Shown one piece after another: positions 46,424 through 54,336 of a DNA stretch of 64,000 bases (position 1 is its first letter; the number at the start of each line of letters is the position of its first letter). The position numbers and the translations under genes were made by a program. The notes beneath the pieces are model-generated. The model ran no database searches, had not been told where the DNA came from, and worked only from the letters and a program-made list of their open reading frames with translations. Location of the stretch: assembly GCA_044336985.1 (NCBI GenBank), contig JBIIOK010000002.1, positions 4,199-68,198 on the forward strand, given 5' to 3'. The DNA is from Pirellulales bacterium (lineage in GTDB: Bacteria > Planctomycetota > Planctomycetia > Pirellulales > UBA1268).

Positions 46424-46598
46424 AATGCCGGGAAGACCCGCTGTCCCGCACTCGCAGCGGCGGGATCATGCGGCCTCCAGTCGGCATCAGTACGTCCAGA
46501 ATTGAACAATCACAACCGCCGAGTCGCCATTGAGCGTCATGAAATCGACCTCGTAGTCCTGGCCCTCGCCATGCACCCCGGGGCTACACTCGTCGTTC

Positions 46599-46973
46599 AT
46601 GGAGACTTTCCGCCTGCTCCTCTTCACGACGCTCTGGACCGCCATCTGGGCGGCGCCGCTGCCAACGCTCTCCCGCCGCGTGGAGCTCGTCGCCGGGCTG
46701 ATCCCGTTTGCCGCCTTCGGTCTGCGGGTGTTCGGGGCCTGCTTCATCGGCGTGCCGGCCGACGATCCCGTGCGGATGGCGGTGGCGCCACTCGTTGACT
46801 GGATCAACGGCGCGTCGGGCGTGGTGCCGTTTCAGTGGGTGCTCGACGTCACCGTGGCGATCGGGCTCGTGTGGTTCGCGTCGATCGCGAACATCTCGCG
46901 GCGGTGGCGACTGGCCACGATCTGGGTCATGCCGGCCGTGGCCCTCGCGAGCCTCGCAATACCCTCCCGCTGA
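46599..46973 (+). CDS. small hypothetical membrane protein (124 aa)
   Basis: Four hydrophobic segments. No motif recognised. Confidence 0.5.
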   Translation: METFRLLLFTTLWTAIWAAPLPTLSRRVELVAGLIPFAAFGLRVFGACFIGVPADDPVRMAVAPLVDWINGASGVVPFQWVLDVTVAIGLVWFASIANISRRWRLATIWVMPAVALASLAIPSR

Positions 46974-46976
46974 GCA

Positions 46977-47766
46977 TCATTTCATCGGGTGCTGCTGGAA
47001 GAACTCCCACATCATGTCGTTGGCGGAGATGTCGCGCGTGCTGGCGCCCAAGGCCCGCAGGCGTGGCTCTCTCCCGGGCCACGTTTGCCCTCCACCTTCG
47101 ATCACCACGAGCACGACCTCCGCGCCGTCTCGGCCGGAAGCGTAGCGGATCTCCTTCACGGTCGTGCCGTCGCCCGCCCTTGAATGGCGCAAACTCGTCG
47201 GCATCCCCATGAAAGTGCATCACGGATACGGCTCGGACCGGCTGACAGTCTTTCGTGCCCATCGGCCCGGCGACCGGGGCGATCGCGGCGATGCGATTTG
47301 AAAGCTCCGCAGCGAGCCGATAGCACATCATCGCGCCGTTCGACATGCCCGTGGCAAACACCCGCCATCGATCGACGTTTGCGATGCGCTCGAGATCGTC
47401 GAGGACCAGCCGGGTGAAGGCGACGTCGTCGATCTTGCTCTCGGCTGCCTTTCCGCAGCAGTTGCCCGCGTTGAATGTCAGCATCCGCGGGAGTCGGCCG
47501 CTTCCCTCCGGATACACGACGATGAATCCGGCCTGATCCGCCTTCTCGTTGAGCCCGCTGAACGCGACCATGTTGTTTGCGTTTCCGCCGCCCCCGTGAA
47601 AGGCCAGCACCATCGGCATCGGCGCGGCCGGGTCGTATTGCGGGGGCACATGCACGAGGTAGGCGCGATTGCGGCCATCCACCTCAAGCGACCGCGAGTG
47701 GTCGCCGGGCCGCAAAGCCGCAGGCTCGCCCGCGAGAAGCATCAAGAGAATCGCGAGGAATTGCAT
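46977..47766 (-). pseudogene. PHB-depolymerase-family esterase (LpqC-like), interrupted by a frameshift near 47171-47180
   Basis: N-terminal frame (ORF 46927..47835): signal peptide, VLAFHGGGGN, GMSNGAMM, MHFHGDADEFAPFKGG. C-terminal frame (ORF 46977..47210): GDGTTVKEIRY...VVIEGGGQTWPG...DISANDMMWEFFQQHPMK. Confidence 0.75.
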
Positions 47767-47848
47767 GCTGAACTCCGGGGTGGCCATGCATTCAACGGGG
47801 CCGTCGCGGAAAAGTTTTCCCGGCACAGGCCGCATCTGGTGGACAGCC

Positions 47849-47854
47849 TATAAT
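47849..47854 (+). promoter_or_regulatory. -10 box candidate TATAAT
   Basis: Perfect TATAAT in GC-rich DNA. No convincing -35. Confidence 0.4.
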
Positions 47855-47859
47855 TGAGT

Positions 47860-48043
47860 TGTGGTTCCCCGGTGACGGCTGGGGAGATAACCGCCTGGCG
47901 GCGATCTCGCAGTGATCGCGACGGCTAGGGTTCCTTTCGCGAAAGGAGGTGGTCTAGTGACGCAAGACTGTACCGGAGGGCTGCGCCGATAGCGGCGAGT
48001 CGACGGGCCTGCCGTTGATGCAGCCCACCAAATGGTTCCTACG
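47860..48043 (+). ncRNA. structured leader or small RNA candidate (riboswitch-like, unclassified)
   Basis: Several strong local helices: UCCCC/GGGGA, GCGAUC/GAUCGC, UCCUUU-CGCG-AAAGGA, and a three-way junction closed by GGGCUGC/GCAGCCC. Ends in a canonical terminator 44 nt before the next ATG. Confidence 0.4.
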
Positions 48044-48076
48044 GCTGCCGCCCCCTCGTGGGGCGGCAGCTTTTTT
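48044..48076 (+). terminator. rho-independent terminator
   Basis: 11-bp GC-rich stem GCTGCCGCCCC / GGGGCGGCAGC, 5-nt loop, then TTTTTT. Confidence 0.8.
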
Positions 48077-48119
48077 GATACACCCATTCGCCGAGCGCTG
48101 ACAGGACAGCCCCCTTCAC

Positions 48120-48503
48120 ATGAACGGCTTGCGCGATTTTGTCGCTGCAGTTTTCAAAACGCCGCCGGATGACGTGCCCCCGTGCGTCGCCCAAGTGAAT
48201 TCGTTTCGCGAGGTCGTGTCGCTGCAGGCTCTGTTCGTGACGCTCACCGTCGGACTCCTGGCGTATGTCAGAAGCTCGCCGACCTTCGAGATGCGGGTGG
48301 ATCTGCTCTTCGCGGTGCTGGCATCGCTGCCCCTGATGGGCCTCTATCACATCGTGACGAGCCGCGCGAGGACCGAATCGGGCGACGTCTACGTGTGCAC
48401 GAAGCCGATCCGCAGCTTCGCCCGGCAGGCGATGATTCTCGACATCGCGATCGTGGTCGCCGTGTCGTTGCTCTATTGGGGGCGGCAGCTCCCCGGGCAG
48501 TGA
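48120..48503 (+). CDS. small hypothetical membrane protein (127 aa, about 3 TM)
   Basis: ATG 44 nt after the terminator. Hydrophobic segments. No motif recognised (neither CrcB- nor SMR-like). Confidence 0.5.
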   Translation: MNGLRDFVAAVFKTPPDDVPPCVAQVNSFREVVSLQALFVTLTVGLLAYVRSSPTFEMRVDLLFAVLASLPLMGLYHIVTSRARTESGDVYVCTKPIRSFARQAMILDIAIVVAVSLLYWGRQLPGQ

Positions 48504-48695
48504 TGCCCTGGCAGCAACATGGCCTTCGAGCCGACGCCAGGCCGCAGGGTTTGCCCGTCTTCGCCACTTGAACGCACGCCGGGCAAAGTCCGGAGATTCC
48601 CCACATCCATCCGCACGGCTCTGCCGATGGTATCGACAAAACCGAATAGCGGGGCTGGCGACGTGGAAAGGCGGCATCATGCCACTGGGCGGTTG

Positions 48696-49952
48696 ATGCA
48701 ATGGCTGGCCGCCGGGCTGTGGTGCTGCGTTGTCGGCACCGTCGCAGCGGACGATCCGCCGCAGCCCTATCTCGAAGAGCCAAAATACGAGATGGCTCCG
48801 CATCTGCTCGGCTCGCAGGGCGGTTTTCGCGAGCGGCTGGCCGACGCCGGGGTGACCGTGCTCGCCGACAACACCGGCTTCTACATCGGCAACACCAACG
48901 GCGGCTTTGCCCAGGCCTTCGATTACGCCGGGCACGGCGACTATTGCGTGATCGCCGACGGCGGCAAGCTCGGCGTGCACGAGGGGCTCTATCTCAAGCT
49001 CCGTGCCGAGCATCGCTACGGGCAAACGATCGTCGGGAACGTGGGCTGCTTCATCTCACCGACGCTGATCGCCGACCTGCCGGTCTACAACAGCGAAGAG
49101 CTGTATCTGACGAACGTCCTGCTCACACAGGAGCTGACTGACGCATTCTCCGTGTTCGCCGGCAAGATGGACACACTCGACGGCGACATGAACGCCTTCG
49201 CCCATGGCCGGGGCAAGACGCAGTTTTCAAACATGGGGTTCGTCTTCAACCCGATCGTGGGCGCGACGGTGCCCTATTCAACGCTGGGGGCCGGATTCGT
49301 CTTCCATCCCGACGACGGGCCGATGGCGATGGTGACCGTGCTCAACTCGACCGACACGACGGCCACCAGCGGCTTCGACACGCTGTTCAGCGACGGCCTG
49401 CTTCTGTCGGCGGCCGTGCGAGTGCCCACGAACCTGTTCGACCGCCCGGGACACCAGCTGCTCGGCGGCACCTGGAACAGCCGCACCTACACCTCGATCG
49501 CCGAGGCCTACATTCCCTACCCAGACGTGCCTCTCCCGACGACGCGCGGCTCGTGGTGCCTCTATTGGAACTTCGATCAGTTTCTGTTCGTCGATCCGGA
49601 CGACGCAACGCGGGGCTGGGGCCCATTCGGCCGCGCCGGCATCGCGGATGCCAACACGAGCCCGATCGACGCGTTTCTGAGTTTTGGCGTGGGGGGCAAC
49701 GTGCTGGGCCGGATGCGGCGCGACGACACGTTTGGCATCGGCTGGTATTGGGCGTCGGCCAGCCCCCAAATCGGCACGCTGATCACGTCGCAGTTCGGCC
49801 CGGTTGGCGACGGCCAGGGCATCGAGTGCTTCTACAACTACGCGCTCACGCCCGCCGTCCGCATCACTCCGGACGTGCAATACGTCGTGCCGGCGCTCCG
49901 GTCGGCAGAGCCATCGCTGATCGCCGGCGCGCGGGCGCTCGTGAGCTTCTGA
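48696..49952 (+). CDS. carbohydrate-selective porin (OprB-like) family outer membrane protein
   Basis: ORF trimmed to MQWLAAGLWCCVVGTVAADD. Beta-strand-rich. FGIGWYW, ECFYNYALTP, ends in F. Confidence 0.75.
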   Translation: MQWLAAGLWCCVVGTVAADDPPQPYLEEPKYEMAPHLLGSQGGFRERLADAGVTVLADNTGFYIGNTNGGFAQAFDYAGHGDYCVIADGGKLGVHEGLYLKLRAEHRYGQTIVGNVGCFISPTLIADLPVYNSEELYLTNVLLTQELTDAFSVFAGKMDTLDGDMNAFAHGRGKTQFSNMGFVFNPIVGATVPYSTLGAGFVFHPDDGPMAMVTVLNSTDTTATSGFDTLFSDGLLLSAAVRVPTNLFDRPGHQLLGGTWNSRTYTSIAEAYIPYPDVPLPTTRGSWCLYWNFDQFLFVDPDDATRGWGPFGRAGIADANTSPIDAFLSFGVGGNVLGRMRRDDTFGIGWYWASASPQIGTLITSQFGPVGDGQGIECFYNYALTPAVRITPDVQYVVPALRSAEPSLIAGARALVSF

Positions 49953-49956
49953 TCAA

Positions 49957-50028
49957 GCGTTACCCCCGGGCTGGCGTTACCCCCGGGCTGGCGTTACCCC
50001 CGGGCTGGCGTTACCCCCGGGCTGGGGA
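49957..50028. repeat. tandem repeat, 18 bp x 4 (GCGTTACCCCCGGGCTGG)
   Basis: Four perfect head-to-tail units, each containing CCCGGG, between the convergent porin and ECF sigma genes. Confidence 0.9.
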
Positions 50029-50059
50029 AAACGACACACCGAGGTCGCGAGGGCATTTT

Positions 50060-50731
50060 TTACACGCAGCCCGCCACGGGGCGGAGCGCACTGCCAAGCT
50101 TGAGGATCGCTGACCGCAGCCGGCTCTTCACCGTGCCCACTGGAATCTTCATGACCTGCGCCGCCTGGTCGTATTTCATGCCGTGGTAATAGACGAGTAG
50201 GAGTGCCTCCTTCAGCGGCGGCGAAAGACCGTTGACCGCGTCTCGCACCCGCTCCGCCGATTCATGCTGCTCGGCCACGTCGGCCGCTGAATGACCCTCC
50301 TCCGAGAGCAGCGCGCAGAGCGAGCCGGCATCGTCATCGGGCTCCAGTTGCTGATCGAGGCTCACCGTGCGCCGGGTCTGGCCGCGGCGCTGCGAATCGA
50401 TCGCCTGGTTCTTGGCCACGGTGTAGAGCCACGGCCGGAAGCTGCGGCCATCCTCGAAATGCAGCCGGTTGACGTAGATCTTGAGGAAGGTCGACTGGAA
50501 GACATCGTCGGCCGACTCGGCATTGCCCAGATACCGCCGCAGGAATTCGTGGAGCTCGATGTCGTAACGATGCATGATCGCGTCGAACGCAGACCGATCG
50601 TCGTGGGCCCGAAACTCCCGAAACAGCTGCTCATCGGTCGCCGGGCTCTCGCTCGACGGCGCCGAAACCAGCCGAAGCGTGGGCAGGGGGGCGGGGCTGT
50701 TTCCGGTGTGCATGCGGCTGGCGGATGGCAT
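50060..50731 (-). CDS. ECF-type RNA polymerase sigma factor
   Basis: Region 2 DVFQSTFLKIYVN...FRPWLYTVAKNQAID, region 4 LPPLKEALLLVYYHGMKYDQAAQVMKIPVGTVKSRL. Confidence 0.9.
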   Translation of the reverse strand: MPSASRMHTGNSPAPLPTLRLVSAPSSESPATDEQLFREFRAHDDRSAFDAIMHRYDIELHEFLRRYLGNAESADDVFQSTFLKIYVNRLHFEDGRSFRPWLYTVAKNQAIDSQRRGQTRRTVSLDQQLEPDDDAGSLCALLSEEGHSAADVAEQHESAERVRDAVNGLSPPLKEALLLVYYHGMKYDQAAQVMKIPVGTVKSRLRSAILKLGSALRPVAGCV

Positions 50732-50987
50732 CGGGCGAATCTCCAAAGGCGGAAGTCTTCCGTGGCCGCTCTCAAAAGCACACGTCATGCCAAATGTCCA
50801 CAAGAACCGAATGTGCGGATTCCGCGGGCGTTTCACGGCATTTTGGGAGGGCTGCTGCCGCGCGTGAGACAAGCGGCGCGGCAATTTGCGGCAGTGCTCG
50901 GGCGAAATGCGGCAGTTTTTACCTGCAGTTCTTGCCGCGGCCGGGCATGCGATAGGATGGCCCCATACCCCTCCCGGAGGTGATCCC

Positions 50988-51461
50988 ATGCGGCGCGGCT
51001 TGTTTCTCTTTTTGGCGATCGGCTTCCTTGCTGCGACCAGCCTGGCCGCCGAGCCCACGCCGCCGCGGGCTGGACTCGCGAACCCCCGCACCGGCACGAC
51101 CAACAAGTTTGGCTCCGGCACGATCACCAACCGCTCCGACGGCACGAGCAGCCAGACGCGGCCCTTCGGCTCGGGGTCGATCACCACCGAACGCTCTCGC
51201 GACGGCAAGACGGTCACCGGCCACACGCAGAAATTCGGCTCGGGCACGATCACGCGTTGGTCGGACGGCACCGTCACCGAAACGCGGCCGTTTGGCTCCG
51301 GCACCATCACGACCGAACGCGGTCGCAGCGGCAGCACTGTGACGGGCCAGACGCAGAAATTCGGCTCCGGCACGATCACGAACCGCTCGGACGGCTCGAG
51401 CAGCCGCACGCAGCCCTTCGGCAACGGCACGCTGCAAAGCGACCGTCCGGGAAGAAAGTAG
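50988..51461 (+). CDS. secreted FGSGTIT-repeat protein (157 aa)
   Basis: GGAGGTGA SD. Signal peptide MRRGLFLFLAIGFLAATSLAA. Seven (K/P)FGSG(T/S)IT repeats. DNA period is 126 bp (51105, 51231, 51357). Confidence 0.7.
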   Translation: MRRGLFLFLAIGFLAATSLAAEPTPPRAGLANPRTGTTNKFGSGTITNRSDGTSSQTRPFGSGSITTERSRDGKTVTGHTQKFGSGTITRWSDGTVTETRPFGSGTITTERGRSGSTVTGQTQKFGSGTITNRSDGSSSRTQPFGNGTLQSDRPGRK

Positions 51462-51538
51462 GGTAGGCTTCAGCCTGCCACAAACCGACAGGCTGAAGCC
51501 TGTCCTACTGGGGACCGACAGGCTGAAGCCTGTCCTAC
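51458..51538. repeat. three family A units (51458-51479 plus strand; 51487-51508 and 51517-51538 minus strand)
   Basis: The first unit holds the TAG stop (51459-51461). The last ends 4 nt from the tRNA 3' end. Confidence 0.85.
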
Positions 51539-51542
51539 TCAA

Positions 51543-51616
<74 letters not shown>

Positions 51617-51672
51617 GCGGCGTTTGCCGGCATCTGGCAGTCTATCAGCCCCCGAGGCCCGGAAAAAGCCAC

Positions 51673-52698
51673 TCAGGCGGAGCGACGCAGCGGCACCGTC
51701 TCCGGGCGACGGCTCTTCGGCCGGCCGGCGGCAGAATGGGCGGAGTCGATCCGGATCGTCCGCGACTCGTCTGCAGTCGGCCGCTCCGCCGCGGCCTGCA
51801 CGAGCCCACGCAACTGCCGGTAGCGGGCGAGATACGAGCCAAACTGCATCATCGCCACCGCCCGGCCCGCCAGCATCGGCAGGGTTCCAAAGGGCGCGCG
51901 GGCGGCTGCATGCCGCACGATCTCCACTCCATGCATCACCAGCGACGAAACGATCGGCCGCCCCTGCATTGACCGCCAGAAGAGCCGCTCCGCATGCAGG
52001 CCCGCCACGAAGGGCTGCTTGCGGCCCGCGCCCGTCTGCCCAGCCACCACGCGCGACGAAGGTTCGAGCACTACCGACAGGCCCGTCCGCGCCACCGACT
52101 CGGCCATGTCGGCATCGGCGCAGCTATCGCCGCAGGCCGTCGAGAAGCCGGGCCCGACCTGACGCAACACGTCTGACCGCCAGAAGCCCGCCTCGAGCGA
52201 CGGGCCATGCGGCGCGATGCCCGCCGCAACCTTCGCCGCGCTTGCCGCCGCCTTCCGGGGCGCGATCGCGATCCGCCGGCCGCCGCGGCCGTAGCGAATC
52301 CCCGCGCCCACCACGCGGTCTTGATCGGCGGCCGACACCGCCAGCGGCACCACCGCCGCCGTCTCGCCATCCTCAAACCACTCGAGCGGACCATCCACCC
52401 AGCCGCTCGTGGCCCGCCAGCCCGCGGCGAGGATGTGGATCACGTCGCCTTCGCTCGCGGAGATGCCGATGTTGGCACAGGCCACGAGGCCCGAGCCCAC
52501 CGGCGCCTGCACGAACCGCACCTCCTCGCGAATATTCCACGGATCGTCGTATTCGCAGCCGAGCGCGACCACGATCTCGCAATCGTCGGGCCGGTTTTCG
52601 AGGACGCTGACGAGGGTCTCCTCGAGCGCGGTCGTGTCGCTGGTCGCCGGGATGACGATCGACAGCCTGTGCCTTTGAGACGTAGCGAAAAGCGACAT
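51673..52698 (-). CDS. family 2 glycosyltransferase
   Basis: LSIVIPATSDTTALEETLVSVLEN, DCEIVVAL, acidic DxD-like region. Confidence 0.85.
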   Translation of the reverse strand: MSLFATSQRHRLSIVIPATSDTTALEETLVSVLENRPDDCEIVVALGCEYDDPWNIREEVRFVQAPVGSGLVACANIGISASEGDVIHILAAGWRATSGWVDGPLEWFEDGETAAVVPLAVSAADQDRVVGAGIRYGRGGRRIAIAPRKAAASAAKVAAGIAPHGPSLEAGFWRSDVLRQVGPGFSTACGDSCADADMAESVARTGLSVVLEPSSRVVAGQTGAGRKQPFVAGLHAERLFWRSMQGRPIVSSLVMHGVEIVRHAAARAPFGTLPMLAGRAVAMMQFGSYLARYRQLRGLVQAAAERPTADESRTIRIDSAHSAAGRPKSRRPETVPLRRSA

Positions 52699-52803
52699 GA
52701 TTCCAGCCCCCCCGGGCTCACCACCCCCGCGACGACGGCGAACTGCCGCGCGCGAAATCGATCCACTTCTTGCAAAACGATCCGTGGCCGCCGCGGCCCC
52801 GGA

Positions 52804-53073
52804 TCAGGCGGCAGCGCGGTGCGGCTGCAGTTCGGTGAAGAGGTTCACCGTTTGCAGCATCTCGCCGTCGGCGTCGTAGAACTGCAGCACGCCGACGTCG
52901 ATCAGCCACATCGCAAACATGTCGGCCACGCGGTAGCAACGCGCCACGCAGCGGCCCTGGTCGATGCGGATGTTTTCCTGCACATCGGCCACCTCCACCG
53001 CTTCGGCGCCGAGGTCGAGGAAATAACGCGTGACGAGCTCACGCACATCGGCGGCATGCATGTTCAAACGCAT
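52804..53073 (-). CDS. small hypothetical protein (89 aa)
   Basis: ORF 52804..53763 trimmed to an ATG preceded by AGGAGG. No motif recognised. Confidence 0.5.
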   Translation of the reverse strand: MRLNMHAADVRELVTRYFLDLGAEAVEVADVQENIRIDQGRCVARCYRVADMFAMWLIDVGVLQFYDADGEMLQTVNLFTELQPHRAAA

Positions 53074-53323
53074 GGAAGCAACCTCCTGTTGCGGTTTTGG
53101 CGAACGACTTCCTGTCGATCGGGGCGGGAACCTTACCGGGGACCCTGCGGCGACGGTAGGCGACTTTTCCCGCTCCGACCTTTCACCCAACCTGAGCCAT
53201 AAGGGGAATCGGACCGAATGCCTTGCCGGGGTGATTTTCCCGAGGGGAGTCTTTCCAATCCTCACTGCCCGACGCCTTTTGCCACATTGCCAGGTCGCGC
53301 CAGGCCTCACACCCTGCCAGGTT

Positions 53324-54148
53324 TCAGAGCCGCTCCGTCCAATCGGGCCGGCCATACCGTTCGCGGACCAGCCTTTCGACGCGATCGCGCGGGATCTCGC
53401 GGCGGTCGGCCGTGGCCCCGAATGCCCGCCGCACGATCGCCTCGAGCGCGGGCTGGCCCAGGCCGAGGTTGGCGAGAAACTCGCCGTGGGGACGGCGGGC
53501 GCGGTAGTCGGGCTCGCGCGGCGGATGCAGCAAGACGCGGGAGATGAGGCCGATGTCGAAGGCGTCGAGCAGCGTGCCATGGTAGAGCACGCCATGCCGG
53601 CGCACCCGCAGGGCATTGCCGGAAAACTTCCGCGCGGTGGTGTCGTCGCCGCCGCCGGCCAACTGCAGCACGAGATCGCTCGACCCGCGTCGATCGACCG
53701 CCAGACCCGAGCTGGCGACCGCGGCATGAAGCTCATCGCGCAGCGGCGTGAGCATGTCGGCATGAATCCGCTCGATGGCAGGCGCGCCTGATGGATGCGG
53801 CACGATCACCGACCACATGAGGCAGCCCGGCCCGAGCACCACCGTGAGCCCGCCGCTCGGCCGCCGCACCACCCGCACGCCGAGGGCCGCGCAGGCTTCG
53901 CGGTCGATCTCCTCGTCGAGCCGGCTCGACGAGCCCACGACCACCGTGGGCTCCGCCGCCATCCATGTGCGGACGACCGGCAGCGTGGCGAGACCTTCGT
54001 GGGCCTCCTCCAGGAGCGCCTCGTCGAGCGCGAGCTCCTCCTCGACCGTGTGGAGCCGGGCGGCCAGCCACTCCGCCTGCCAGGCGAGGGCCGGAGCCTC
54101 CACCGCAGCCTCGCTGCTCGCTCGTTCACCGGCAGGACGTTGACGCAC
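53324..54148 (-). CDS. biotin/lipoate A/B protein ligase family (LplA-like) protein
   Basis: GTG start. VVRRPSGGLTVVLGPG and KFSGNALRV (lipoyl-AMP lysine context). Confidence 0.82.
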   Translation of the reverse strand: MRQRPAGERASSEAAVEAPALAWQAEWLAARLHTVEEELALDEALLEEAHEGLATLPVVRTWMAAEPTVVVGSSSRLDEEIDREACAALGVRVVRRPSGGLTVVLGPGCLMWSVIVPHPSGAPAIERIHADMLTPLRDELHAAVASSGLAVDRRGSSDLVLQLAGGGDDTTARKFSGNALRVRRHGVLYHGTLLDAFDIGLISRVLLHPPREPDYRARRPHGEFLANLGLGQPALEAIVRRAFGATADRREIPRDRVERLVRERYGRPDWTERL

Positions 54149-54207
54149 GAGACCGCATTCCTAGACTTTGAGGGAACGTTGAAAAGGCAGGGTTCGACCG
54201 GTTGCTC

Positions 54208-54280
54208 CGGAAGCCCGACGCGCGAGCGAGGATGATCAGCGTGGTTCGCCCACTGACCTTGCTTGCGCTGCGGGCTTTCG
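54208..54280 (+). repeat. family C hairpin element, copy C7
   Basis: Arms 54208-54231 and 54257-54280, 56 nt upstream of the HEAT protein start. Confidence 0.85.
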
Positions 54281-54336
54281 TGTGATTTCTAAAGTCATTT
54301 CAATACCGCTCTCTCCGGCACTTGGGTAACGGCCTC

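Noticed and set aside
46487-46599. 37-aa minus-strand mini-ORF (MNDECSPGVHGEGQDYEVDFMTLNGDSAVVIVQFWTY) upstream of DUF2252
   Set aside because: It has no clear SD. Its ATG shares the CATG with the divergent gene's start at 46599. It is too short to evaluate without conservation data.
47924-48030. Calling the leader a canonical guanidine-I (ykkC) riboswitch
   Set aside because: Only the CUAGGGUUCC block and a loose ACCGGAGGG block resemble the consensus as I remember it. The GGUCCGAGAG and CCCGGGAGA blocks are not present. The P3-equivalent helix carries a large three-way-junction insertion. The downstream genes are not typical guanidine-responsive genes. I kept it as an unclassified candidate.
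48031-48168. Possible leader peptide ORF (MVPTAAAPSWGGSFFDT...) running through the terminator
   Set aside because: It has no Shine-Dalgarno sequence upstream and no run of regulatory codons, and it overlaps the start of 48120..48503 out of frame. It is probably fortuitous.
49957-50028. Possible CRISPR array
   Set aside because: The units are contiguous 18-mers with no spacers, and no cas genes are present. This is a simple tandem repeat.
37600-51540. Prophage or integrative element call
   Set aside because: There are no phage structural, replication or transposase genes, no intact integrase, and no att-like direct repeat of the tRNA end that I could find. I retained only a low-confidence decayed-island hypothesis in the findings.
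53074-53323. Sigma-54 type promoter (TGGCA/TGGCG elements) upstream of 52804..53073, and a similar look upstream of hpf (59930-59960)
   Set aside because: The spacing between the GG and GC dinucleotides is 7-9 nt upstream of 52804..53073 and 12 nt upstream of hpf, rather than the required 10. No rpoN or enhancer-binding protein gene lies nearby.
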